Part shown: positions 29,400 through 43,593 of the stretch, one piece after another
Position numbering within the stretch: position 1 is the first letter of the stretch
Layout: the number at the start of each line of letters is the position of its first letter
Assembly (NCBI GenBank): GCA_964016885.1
Contig: OZ024740.1
Location: 418,252,001-418,316,000, forward strand
From: Eledone cirrhosa
Lineage: Eukaryota
Length of the DNA: 64,000 bases
Direction of reading: 5' to 3'
Notes under the pieces: model-generated
Told to the model about the DNA's origin: nothing
The model's database searches: none
What the model saw: only the letters and a program-made list of their open reading frames with translations
Program-made: the position numbers and the translations under genes

Positions 29400-32300
29400 T
29401 TAATTGTAAGTTGTGATGTTGCTGTTCCACTCATATTTTCTATTTAATTTTGGTTTTAATTCTTTTATGCTTACTGCCTCTGTAATTTGCCTAAACATTG
29501 CGTCTTTCTTGTGTGTGGATTCTATTTTTATTTCTATGCTCTCTAATTTACCCCTGTGTTCTATCTTAGCATGTTGGTAGAGCACAGATGATTCTTTACT
29601 ATCTTGGAGGTCTCGCCAGTGTTCATTTATTCGTTCCCTATACTACGAGCTGTCTCACCTATGTACACTACATTTTTGTTTCTACATTGTCCTTCAGTAC
29701 ATCTTATGCTATATACTACATTTCTAGTTTTACAGTTAATATGGGGGCTTATTTTACAGGTTATACATTTCTTATCTATACATGAGGGTCTTTGGAACGG
29801 GTATGTCTTGCTAATAAGTGTTTTTACGGAGGTACCAGGTCTTTCTACTATCTTAATATTGAGATTATGTTTCTTTAGGGCCCTTCTAAATTTGTAGGCT
29901 AGTTCGCCTCTAGGGGTTGTATTGATGAACATTACACTCTGGTATTTATTGCTATCATACCATGAGTTTATTCTATTGGCCTTGTTCTTAGTTCTTTCTA
30001 TTCTATTCCAAAATTTGCTCCTATACAAGGGGCAGGTCCCATTTATGTCATTATTTACCATTTTTTCCCATTCGGTTCTGGCTCCTTTATACACTCTGAT
30101 TCTATCTCTCTGATTGTAGCCAGAGAACTGCATACGGTGGATGAAGTGTTGTATGTGTCTCTCTAGTTCTTCGGGGTTGCACATGCGGGACACATTTCTC
30201 ATCACCCGTACCAAATCCGCAATCAGTATGTTGATTTTGGTATGGTCCGAAATGGCCGAGTTTCGGTGGATCAGATGTTTGGAAGTCATGGGTTTGGCAT
30301 AATGGGAATGGAGGATTTGTTTTTGGTTGTTAATAGTATCTAACCAGAGCTCTGTGTCTAGTACAGGTAATCGATGGTTGGGGTGTCTACTTGGGTAGTC
30401 TATAGTAACTCTAATGCTCTGGTGGATGGAGTTTGCTATTTGCTGGATGCTTTCCATTGTGTTTTTCTCTAGTTCCTGACTGTTCTTTAGTGGGGGTGTC
30501 TTAACTACGATGTTTATATCATCTACGTAGCGGGAGTACATTATCAGGGTTAAGCTGTCTTCTAATTGTTCATTAAGTTTTTGTTTAAGTCTACTGTCCC
30601 ACCATACCATGAATAAGTTAGCTATGTCGCCTGCAATGCTAACACCAATGGCTGCTCCTTCCTCTTGGGCATATGTTTTACCATTAAATTTGAACCTATG
30701 TTCCTTAAGGGTTAGTTTTATGCTGGCCCCTACCGCATGTGCAATCATTTTCTTCAGTTCATCGTGGTTTTCGGGTGTCCGTATGGCTCTGGTCCACCCG
30801 TTCCATCTATCTGTGTGGGTTTTCTTGGCCATAGAGGTAATGGTAGGTGGTCTGCCTCTTGCTGGTCTTGTAGGGCACAGGTTGCTAAGGTCATAAGTGT
30901 CTAGGTAACTATTACTATGGGTAAGCTTAAGTAGAAGTCCCAGCTCACTGGTATCAATCCCACGGAACTCAACCTTGCTCTCGCTGATCATTTCGACGCA
31001 TTTCTCCACAGCAAAATCCACGTCAATAGATGGATACAGGGACACAACATCCATACTGCCTATTATGCAGTTTGTTAGGTCCCCAGATCGGTTACCCGCG
31101 CCGATTCTGCTGAGGAGGTCCTCCGTGCTGTCACACACATCTGGGGACATCTCAATGATGGGGCGTATGATCAGGGAGAGGAAGTAGGACAGTCTGTAGT
31201 TACTAGCAATGTTAGCCCCACAGACTGGCCGTGTTGGTGGTCCCGCGACAGGGTCCCAGCCCGTTTTATGGTCTTTACGAAGCCCATACAACGCCGGCAC
31301 GTCATTGTTCCAGGCCTGGAAGTTGTTGGCAGTCCTTTTGTTGGGCTGCATTATATTTGTCCACATCACCATATGGGCATTGAGGGTTTTTTCTCTATCC
31401 TCATGCTCCTGTGGTGTTACCTCTCTTGTGTTAGTGATGTGGGGTTGCATTGCCTGGATGTAGTTTGGCAGGCTGTCAACCGACATTCTGCCAGACTTGT
31501 CTGTTGGAAAGCATGCTATCTCTCCATTACGCGAGCGCTGCATGAGCTTACGCAAGCCATTTGCAGATTCTTCTCCCAGTTGCTGGGCCTCTATTCTATT
31601 ATACTTCTTGCTATACTGTTCTATAATATTTCTAAGTTCGGATTTAGCTATACTAAATTGTGCCTCTGTTTGTTCATCGACCTGCGACGGCAACTGCGTG
31701 CGTTTGTTAAATGGCAAAGTCGTGGCGTGGACTCGTCGTAGGTCGAATGATTTATCGGAGGGGTTATAAAACGGAGAGTTCCAGGCTGCTGCTTTATATG
31801 TACTAGTGCTATTGTTATTGTTAGTTGTGTTGTTTCTATTTCCACCAACAGCAGCAGCCTCAGCTTCATGGTTGTTTCTATGTCTCTCATAATTACTCCT
31901 GTCTTTTTCCACTGGCTCAATGTTGTTATCTACCCTATTTTGTGTGTCTGTGTGTTCGTCTTGGTTATTCTCTTTGTCCTTAGTCTCCCATCTCCTTTTC
32001 CTTTTCCTTTTAATCCTATTACTTTCTCTTATTTCTCTGATTTCTGTGCTACTGTCATTACTTGTTTTCTGTGTCTGTGTGTTTGTTAAGATTGTGGTGA
32101 GAGGCATTGAATGCGTGTGTGTTGTTGTTGTTGATGTGTGTTGTTGTTGATGTGTGTTGTTGTTGTCTCCGTGTGTGTGTGTGTTATCGTTGTTGTGTGT
32201 GTTGTTATTGTTGTTTGTGTTTGCGTGTCTGTTGTTGTTGTATCTGGGTATGTTGCTATTGTTGTTGTTGTTGATGTGTGTGTTGTTGTTATTCTTGTCT

Positions 32301-33220
32301 CCGTGTGTGTTGTTATTGTTGTTTGTGTCTGCGTGTCTGTTGTATCTGGGTATGTTGCTATTGTTGTTGTTGTATCTGGGTATGTTGCTATTGTTGTTGT
32401 TATTGTTGTTTGTGTCTGTGTGTCTGTTGTTGTTGGGATGTGTGTTGTATATGTGTGTGCGTATATTGTTGCTTTTGTTTTTGTTTTTGATGCTCCAGCG
32501 TAGTTTCGTAAATGATTTTTCTATTTCTGACAGACAACTAATCATATTTACCTTCTTGAATGTCGCAAATTTGGGTGGCAGACGTAACACAGACATTTCA
32601 TTATTATCTATTTCCGTGTTTCCATAGATGTTGGTATTTTCATTGTTGAACTCTTCAGATAATGAGGTGTCGGCCATGTTGATACCGTCAATTTTGTCGG
32701 GATATCTATTGGTATACTCTATAGTATCCCGATTTAGCTTTGCCTGTTTAAGCCACTTTAATTTTCTGTTAAAGTGCTTATTACATTCTTGAGTAATGTA
32801 CTGTTCTTCGGGGCGTATAAGGCTTATAAATGTTAGTTTTTCTGCTGGTGTGGTGATTTTAGATATTTCATCTATTAGGTTACGCTTTAGTTTTTCGTGA
32901 TGACTTAATTCTCTATAGATCTTCTTTTTTATGTTTAGAATTAAAGTTCGTTTTAGCCTATCTGCTTGTTTTTTGGTGAGTTGTAATCTTCTAACGTCGG
33001 TATTGATGGTGTTGGTGTAGATTCTAGAAGTGGTGCACAGTTTTATGAAGTGTAGTTGTCGAGATGTTATGGTTTTTCGTAGACAACAGAACATGGTGGT
33101 TTTCAGTATCTTGTTAGCCTGGCTAAGGCTTACGATATTTCGTTTCTGAATTTGTTTAGCAAGATTCTTTATCTGAAATCGTGTGTTGAAACCGATATTG
33201 TTACACTTTGGGAGGGTCAT
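29400..33220 (-). CDS. PLE polyprotein: reverse transcriptase plus C-terminal GIY-YIG endonuclease; one 1-nt frameshift near 29636
   Basis: FPTDKSG, LYGLRKDHK, TRPVCGA, SMDVVSLYPSI, GAAIG, YSRYVDD, LPVLD, YIGET; the C-terminus continues in ORF 29400-29585. Confidence 0.93.
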
Positions 33221-33353
33221 GCTGCCAATAAGAAACACACGCACCAGTTGCTTTCACTTCAATTTAATTTATTAAATATTTATAAATTTACAAATTTATA
33301 AATTTCTGGTTGGTTGGTTGGTTCCACAACCAGATAGTTGTTTATATATATAT

Positions 33354-33398
33354 AGTCATAGTTCTTTCGTCACACACACTGTGACCTCTTCAGTGACT
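33354..33398 (-). ncRNA. Type I minimal hammerhead ribozyme, family B (5' pLTR)
   Basis: Same fold as 29050-29094; differences only in the distal stem II/loop. Confidence 0.8.
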
Positions 33399-33782
33399 GG
33401 GGATTTCTTTCTTCGTTTCTGTGCCTTTCCTTTCTTCTATCCTACGCCATTTTGTTTGTGTGTGGGTTGCGTGCTCAGTTTGCGCATGCGCGTGTCTGTG
33501 TGTGTTTGTGTTCATTTTTCTATTTTTCTATTTATATTTTTCTATTTGTTTGTTTATTTATTTATTTATTGTTGGTTGGTTGTTTGTTCTATGTGTGTGT
33601 GTGTTTTCATTTTGTCTTGTGTGTGTTTTCATTTTGTGTGTGTTTTCAATTGTAAGTTGTTTGTTCTATGTGTGTGTGTGTTTTCATTTTGTCCTTAATT
33701 GTAAGTTGTGATGTTGCTGTTCCACTCATATTTTCTATTTAATTTTGGTTTTAATTCTTTTATGCTTACTGCCTCTGTAATT

Positions 33783-34760
<978 letters not shown>

Positions 34761-34897
34761 TAGAAAGTGAGGTTTTTTTTACAAAATGAAAAATAACTGA
34801 GGTGTCGTACACGAATGAAAGTATAAAGAAAAAAAGATGAAATCGAAAATGCGACTGGAGTCTTATTTTTTTTAAAATATATATATTTATTTGGTTC

Positions 34898-34933
34898 CTC
34901 TACCGGTTTCGCAGTTCTTCTGCTTTTCAAAAG
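34898..34933 (-). ncRNA. Hammerhead-like ribozyme with U3-A8 core (family D), in a presumed PLE-end remnant ~34760-34975
   Basis: CUU-UUGAAAA-GCAG aagaa CUGC-GAAA-CCGG-UA^GAG. Confidence 0.65.
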
Positions 34934-35517
34934 TAGAGTTGAGATAGAGGGTCTGTGGTTTTTCTCACATCTGGTTGGTCTCTCAATGTTACTTGTTTTA
35001 TATGGAAAAAGTGGCTCGAAATGCCAGGTTTTTCGAGAAGTAATTTGATTGGTTGGTCAATAATTATAATAAATTTCGCGCCAGTTCGCGTTACAAAGTT
35101 CTTCAAACAGGGGGGAGGTCACAGGTTGTTTTTTCATATATGAGTGTTTGAATTTCTTTTTACTTTAAAAAAGGGGGGGGGGGGCTCATGAAGGCTTTTT
35201 TTAATAAACGTAATTTGATTGGTTATAAATGAAATTATGGCTGTCACGTGAACTAGTTTTCATTAAATTTTCGCACCCTATTTGGAAATCTATTCTGTAG
35301 CCTATTTAGAGAATTTTATGACAAGCAAAAGATAATGGTCAAGAGAAATGGGATGGGAGAATTGTTCTGGTTCAGTGAATATGGTTAGTTCGCTGGGGTG
35401 TCAGAATTCAGATTTTCTATTGAATAAAGAAAATAAAGACATGTATGTTTATTTGTGTGCTTGTGTGCGCGTGTGTGTGTGTGTGTTGTGTGTGTGTGTT
35501 TGAATTTCTTTTTACTT

Positions 35518-35561
<44 letters not shown>

Positions 35562-35684
35562 CAATGATATTAAATAAATGGAAACTATATTTATAAAACC
35601 ATATTTATTCTATTATATATATTTCAAGGATTTACACCAGTCCAGCCTCCTGTTATTTTATATATAAGTATATATATATATATA

Positions 35685-35764
<80 letters not shown>

Positions 35765-35766
<2 letters not shown>

Positions 35767-36028
35767 CGGCATTGAATTTGTTTTGCAAGGGTTTTGATAC
35801 GAAACCGTGTGTTGAAACAAATATTGTTATATTTGGGGTGAGGGTCATATTGTTACATAATTGCCAGAAATATATAATAAAACACACTGTTTGGTTTGGG
35901 TTAGTTTTCGCTTCCGTATATTTTAACTGTTGATAAACATTGATTGCCAGCTAAATTAACTATAGGGATATAAAATATACGGAAGCGAAAACAAACCCAA
36001 ACCAAACAGTGAGTGTGTTTTATTATAT
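35765..36028. mobile_element. PLE terminal remnant related to the 28834-33782 family, with ~55-bp inverted repeat
   Basis: cgtgtgttgaaac..atattgttata.tttggg..agggtcat matches the PLE ORF start region; 35872-35925 mirrors 35970-36028. Confidence 0.65.
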
Positions 36029-36029
36029 A

Positions 36030-36590
36030 CTAGCAGTGGTACCCGGCGTTGCACGGGATAAGGTATTTTGGAACGCGGGCCGCCAACAGACCTAATCGTG
36101 GAAAAACTGCATGCCTTGACAATATGTAAAGAAAATAAACCGAATACTCTGATGGCTGGATAATCTTTAAGATTTTGCTCGACGAAGCAGGAAAAATGCA
36201 GGTTTTCACCAAATGGATCAAGGTTTTCACCTAGGGAATCAAAAAAATAAATTTTTTTATGTGCATAATATGCCTTGAAATTTCGGGAAAAGCGGCTAGA
36301 CGTAACGCCTCCAAAAAACCCTAAAAAGCTGAAAAAATGAAGTTGGATTTTCTTTGCTCACGGTATGAAGAAGAGACTGACTAATACATAGTTACAATTT
36401 CAAAGAAATCGGTCTGACGTAACGCCTCAAATAACCCCTAAAAACCTGAAAAAACGCAATTTTTCACCTAATGCGGGCCCTAGGAGATCAAAAATTTGAA
36501 TTTTTTAATGCACCTAACACTCCCTGAAACATAAGTAAAACACATGTAAAGTTTGAAAAAAGTCGGTTGGGTACTTCTCGAGTTTTAGGG

Positions 36591-36642
<52 letters not shown>

Positions 36643-36942
36643 CCTCAGGGAAGTGACGCAATGCAGACAGCCAGACATACAGACAGATATTATAAGGGCG
36701 CGACGTTATATCTATGTATCTATCTAAAAAGAGAAAGTCTAAGAATTATAGAGAGAAATCGCTAAATCGCCTAATGCGGTCCCTAGGGCATTGAAAATTT
36801 GAAATTTTTTGCTCAGAACACTCCCTGAAACATAAGTATTACATGTGTAAAGTTTGAAAACAGTCGGTTGGGTGGTTCTCTATTTTTAGGGATTCAAACT
36901 CACACACACACAGACAGACATCCTCAGTTTTATATATATATA
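36030..36942 (-). mobile_element. Non-autonomous Helitron, unit A of a tandem array
   Basis: 3' CTAG plus hairpin cccgtgcaacgccggg on the minus strand; 5' end tatatataaaactgagg. Confidence 0.85.
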
Positions 36943-37962
<1,020 letters not shown>

Positions 37963-38047
37963 CTAGCAGAAAACCACCCGGCGGGTGGTTTTCTGCTAGT
38001 CGATATATATTTAACACACACACAAACACACGAACACAAATACAGAC

Positions 38048-38078
<31 letters not shown>

Positions 38079-39671
38079 CACCCATGTTCATATTTTGCGA
38101 TGCATTATTCTCAAATCAGATTATTATCTCTGACAGAAAGAACCAGTTTATAATTTTTAAGAAAAATTAAGCATACAGACATATTTTAGGAAACTTATGA
38201 ATTCCTGTACACACACACACACAAACACTTACACAGATACACACAGACACACGCACAGACAGACACACACGCATACAGACACATACGCTAACACACACAT
38301 ACCATACACACACTCATACATACGCACACACGCTAACACACACATGCACATACACACTTAAACCTATATATATATGTATATATATAGAGAGACACACATA
38401 ATATACATATATAATATATATATATAATATATATATATATATATTATATATATATATATTATATATACACACACATATAACACACACCCATATATAAAAC
38501 ACACACACGCACACACATACACACACACATATAACACACACACACATATATAACACACACACGCACACACATACACACACACATACACACACACACATAC
38601 ACACACACATATAACACACACACATATAATACACACACACACACGCGCATACACACACATATAACACACACACACACATACACACACATATAACACACAC
38701 ACACACATATATATATGTATTATATGCTCAGCCCCAGTGAGTTGGTTAAAACACCAAAAGCCAGTCTTAAAGTTGTCGTCTGTAAATTCAAAAACTCGGC
38801 TGTGTCTGGCTAGATCTCCATGGTAACTACTCCAAGGTCGCGCGTGCCATGGCTGGGAACGCAGGTGTCACGTGCTGGCCTAGAACGCTGGTTGTTGGAA
38901 TCAGTGGTCGACGACATAACATATATCTGTTAGAACACGAAAAGTGTGAAACAACAGAATGTTCACTTTTCGTGTTCTAACATATATGCCTAGCTTCTTT
39001 AAAAATTTTTCGGGGATAGCCGTGGTGGTGGTGATCGTATGTCATTGGCTAATTTTCAACCAATCAGAGTACCTCTCTCTATATCTCTTCCACTGTTACT
39101 TACGCCTGTTTCTCTCTATCTGTTCCGTCTCTATATATATCTCTTACTCTTTCGCTTTGCACTCCTCCCCTTCAATACCATCTCTCCCCCTCTCTATATA
39201 TTTGTTACTCTATCGCTGCACGCTCCTCTCCTCTAATATATCAATTACACACGCTTTACACTCCTTTATACCCAGCGCCCCTATATATACAACCCCCCCT
39301 CTCCCGCATCTATATTTTAATGTACCGTTGCACCGTGAATATATGTGTCTATATATATATACATATATATTGTATATACACATTCATGTATGTGTATACA
39401 CACTCATGTATGTATATACACTGGTTTTATGTGTGTATTGTAAATTTGTACTGTTAAAACACGAAACTAACATTCGATTGACACTTTGATTACCTGTACA
39501 GGCAATAGTTATTAGAATGCTGTTGAAGTGTGTATATATTTTTGGGGGACATCCTGTATATACACACATTATATATAATACAATAAACAGATAAATACAC
39601 ACATATATATATGAGCTTATTTAATTATAAATATTGTGAATTTTTAACTCAGTTCAATTATATATATAAAT

Positions 39672-39715
39672 GGCTTCTACAGGACTAGAACTGTTTCATT
39701 CGAAAGAAATCATCA
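39672..39715 (-). ncRNA. Hammerhead family A remnant, truncated at the core
   Basis: UGAUGA-uUUCuuucGAAu-GAAA-CAG uucuaguc CUG-UA^GAAGCC next to (TA)n. Confidence 0.65.
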
Positions 39716-40361
39716 TAATATTGAGAGGGGGGACTAGATAAAATATTTCAAATCAAATGTGTATAAGTTATAAGTTAAAATGTATAAATAGAGACGATAG
39801 TGGAGGTATATCTGTTTAGTGGAACAGTAGACGATAGAATTAAATACAGACGATAATCTCCCTTTAATGAAACAGCAGACGATAGAATTAAGGCAATTTA
39901 AATTTTAAGCATTTGCATTTTTGTCTTTCATCGTTACGGGGTCGATAAAATAAAGTACCAGTAATACACTGTCACTAGACGACTTTCAAATTGAATTGTT
40001 GGTTCCATTTCTTTAGTATTTTCAATTGTAGTTATCTACTTAAAAAGCGTTACACGGTTAGAGACATAATTCGTAAGTTATATCTTCCCTATTAAACCAT
40101 TGCATTATTTCGCCTACAATAGAACAAAAATGAAATGTTCTTTAAAGAAACAGGAATATAACTTTATAAAAAAAAAAGTTGCATCCGCTTCTTTTATCAT
40201 TGATAATTTTTTCGTTTTAATATTAATTGTTTTTTGTAGTTGTTTATATTAAAAATCTTACTGTAATATTTACTTAAACGAAGGCAAACATCTAAACTTA
40301 TAGATTAATCTTGAGCGAAGGACTAGATAAATCTCTCTCTCTCTCTCTCTCCCTCTCTCTT

Positions 40362-40395
<34 letters not shown>

Positions 40396-41511
40396 AACGA
40401 AGAATGATAAAATTTCAAGCAAAGAGTTTAATTAGGTATATTTTGTAATATTATTAACTAATTATTATAATTAACGCGCATATTTTGCTATCCTCAAACA
40501 CGTTTACACATGGCATGAAATATAACTAATCCGAGATGGCTAGGTTTCATCTTCTAACTGGATATACGAAATCCATTATGTCTTGACAACAACATGAGGT
40601 AACATTATGTTATTCACAGACACACTTTGTACACTGTTCCATATCAGAATGTATTTCCTTCGTCACATTCACAAACAGTATTGAAAATATGTTCTTCGGC
40701 AAATAAAAATGTTTTGTTCATAATATTTCAACTAGCGATTGCTCTACTCCACGCACGACCACCATAAATTAATGACCAGCTCAACACAAGTATTGGTAGA
40801 GCGTCAGACACCATGCTTTGCAGTATTGTTATGGTCCTTTGCATTCTAAGTTCAAATCCTGCCGAGGTTAACTTCGACTTTCATACTTACTAATTCGATA
40901 AAATAAAGTACCAGTAATGGACTGCCGTAATGGATTTGTGCCGAAAAATAGAAACACTATTAATGTGCAATAAGAGCAAAATATAACGACATTGCTCAAT
41001 TATTTTATCTAATGTTGTAATAACACAAGGAAATGTTGTTTGTGTATTTTTTTTATATTTGCTCATAGGCTTTTACAATTTCGCTCAGCCAACAACTATT
41101 AAAAAGTGAGTTGCTTAAGATAACAATTTAATCACAAATTGTTGCTATCTTTTAATACACTCCAACAAGTCATCAAATTATGTACAATAAAAACAAATCT
41201 TATTAATTTGCTCAGGGAATATAAAGAAAATGTATATACACTGATAATTGCAATTGTATGTAAATATTTTGTTTTTGTATTGTATATTTTATGTTTTCTA
41301 TTATGTATAATATATTGATTTAATATTGATTGTTTTTTGTAGTTGTTTATATTAAAAGTCTGAAAATATTTTTATACATCTTACTCTAATATTTATAAGA
41401 TAATTTATAATAACAATTACATAATCTAATTACATTACAACGATAATTTATTATTAATATATATCCTGTTTAACTAGAGTTATTACAAGCGTTGCCTTAA
41501 AAAAATATTAA

Positions 41512-42468
41512 ACTAGACATGAAAAATGCGCAAGCTCAAAAGTGCCACAGAATGTTATAATAAACCTTCAAAAGTGTGGGACTAGAGTTGTTGCTAAAAA
41601 ATATTGTAATCATTATATATCGTACATTCTGTGGCATCCTTTATAAAAATAGCTTAAACCAACGAAGCCTTTATTTTTACGCTATTTCACTTAGTTAATT
41701 CTTAGAGTGTAACATATAAAAATAAATACATCTATGTTTAATGTAATAACAGCTATAAATAATTACGTAATATTATTATCATATACTCATAGTAACAAAA
41801 TAATTGTGTTGAAAATTAATATGATGCTTATATGAACGATCAAATCTATAATGATAATTTCTTAAATATACTAATAGTAAAATAATTTAGTTATCTATTG
41901 TTACATTTTCATAGAACTATAATATTAACAATCGTATTGCATTATCAAATTTTTATCACTACAAACTTTCATATTGGAATTACCTTAAGCCACTTATTAT
42001 TACTTCGCTTTCGTACTTTTACAGCTGTAGATATTGCGCTGTATCTTATATCTAATATCAATATCTCATGGTAATTTGCATGCAGTGTAAAATAGGTTTA
42101 TTAATAACTTTAATATGAAATGTATTATACAGGGCTGCGGAGTCGGCCAAAAATTGACTGGCTCCAACTCAGGATCCGATACTCCATTATTTCCTAAATT
42201 TCAGCTCCGCAGCTCTGTTATTATATTAATTAATTTATTTTATAGTTGTAAATCATATTTTTATATGTTACACTCTAAGAATTAACTAAGTGAAATAGCG
42301 TAAAAATAAAGGCTTCGTTGGTTTAAGCTATTTTTATAAAGGATGCCACAGAATGTACGATATATAATGATTACAATATTTTTTAGCAACAACTCTAGTC
42401 CCACACTTTTGAAGGTTTATTATAACATTCTGTGGCACTTTTGAGCTTGCGCATTTTTCATGTCTAGT
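41512..42468. mobile_element. ~960-bp foldback/MITE-like element with apparently perfect 213-bp TIRs
   Basis: 41512-41724 is the reverse complement of 42256-42468. Confidence 0.85.
42130..42217. mobile_element. Tiny hAT-type MITE nested in the foldback element
   Basis: CAGGGCTGCGGAG ... CTCCGCAGCTCTG; 8-bp TSD gtattata/ttattata. Confidence 0.7.
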
Positions 42469-42586
42469 ATTATATGTGTGTGGAATAGTATAAATATTTC
42501 TGCGTATTAACTAACATATATATATATATTATATATTATATATACATACATTATATATATATTATTAATATATTACATACGTACAT

Positions 42587-42634
<48 letters not shown>

Positions 42635-42650
42635 TAAAATAAAAGATTAA

Positions 42651-42701
42651 AGTTTAAGCAAAGAATCGCTGCTTTCACCCTTAACGGGATCTTCTGAAAC
42701 T
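42651..42701 (-). ncRNA. Hammerhead family C (CAGAAGA core) as a solo ~75-bp insertion in (TA)n
   Basis: Identical to 60852-60902 and to the reverse complement of 63601-63651. Confidence 0.7.
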
Positions 42702-42712
42702 AACCAATATAT

Positions 42713-42766
<54 letters not shown>

Positions 42767-43059
42767 CTGTGTGTATATATATATATATATTACACACACA
42801 GAAATGTATATATATTTCTGTGTGTATATATATATATTTCTGTGTGTGTATATATATATATATTACACACACACAGAAATGTATATATATTTCTGTGTAT
42901 ATATATATATATTACACACACAGAAATGTATATATATTTCTTAGAACAAAATTATTATTAATGTTTTGCTGTTCATAACAATTGGAATTGAAAAATTACT
43001 TTTGAAATTATTAGTTATTTTACTAATGCTTAGATATGTAAAAATGAAGCAATGTTTCT

Positions 43060-43252
43060 AATAATTGTTTCTACTTTTGGCACAAGGCCAGCAATTACTC
43101 AATACATTACTGGTACTTTATTTTATCGACCCCGTGAGGATGAAAGGCAAAGTTAACCTCGGCGGTATTTGAACTCAGACCGTAAAGGGACGTAACTCCA
43201 TGCTATGAAGCATGGTGTCCGACTCTCTACAGATTCTGCCAATCCACCGCCC
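43060..43252 (-). mobile_element. Full-length Nin/Deu-type SINE
   Basis: A/B boxes and core. Confidence 0.85.
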
Positions 43253-43593
43253 TAATGTCTGTACGTAATGAGGGAGTGAGAGGGGAGAGAAAGAAAGGCA
43301 GAGGTGAAGTGACGAAGTGACTCTCTCCTCCTCCTCCTCCTCCTCCTCCTCCCCCATCTCCCCATTCGTCACAGCGATAGAGGGGAGGAATGTTAGTGTG
43401 TTGCAAAGAGAAAGAGTGAGAGTGAGAGAAACAGACAGACTAAAAGAGAGGGATAGCTGGAGAGAGAGAGAGATAGCAACCACGCGCGCACACGTTTCCA
43501 CTGTCGGACAGACAGACAGAGAAATTGCTGGTTATATATTATAAGGAGATTTCTGGCAATATCAAAACAACATGACCCTCCCCAAATATAACA

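Larger units (their letters stand above)
28834..33782 (-). mobile_element. Nearly intact Penelope-like retroelement with direct pseudo-LTRs (~33137-33782 and ~28834-29487), embedded in (TA)n
   Basis: Single long RT-EN ORF; near-identical ~650-bp terminal direct repeats each carrying a hammerhead. Confidence 0.95.

Noticed and set aside
29400-33220. Selenocysteine-encoding (Naiad-type) PLE
   Set aside because: The endonuclease is C-terminal and no in-frame TGA codons interrupt the ORF; the only break is a frameshift
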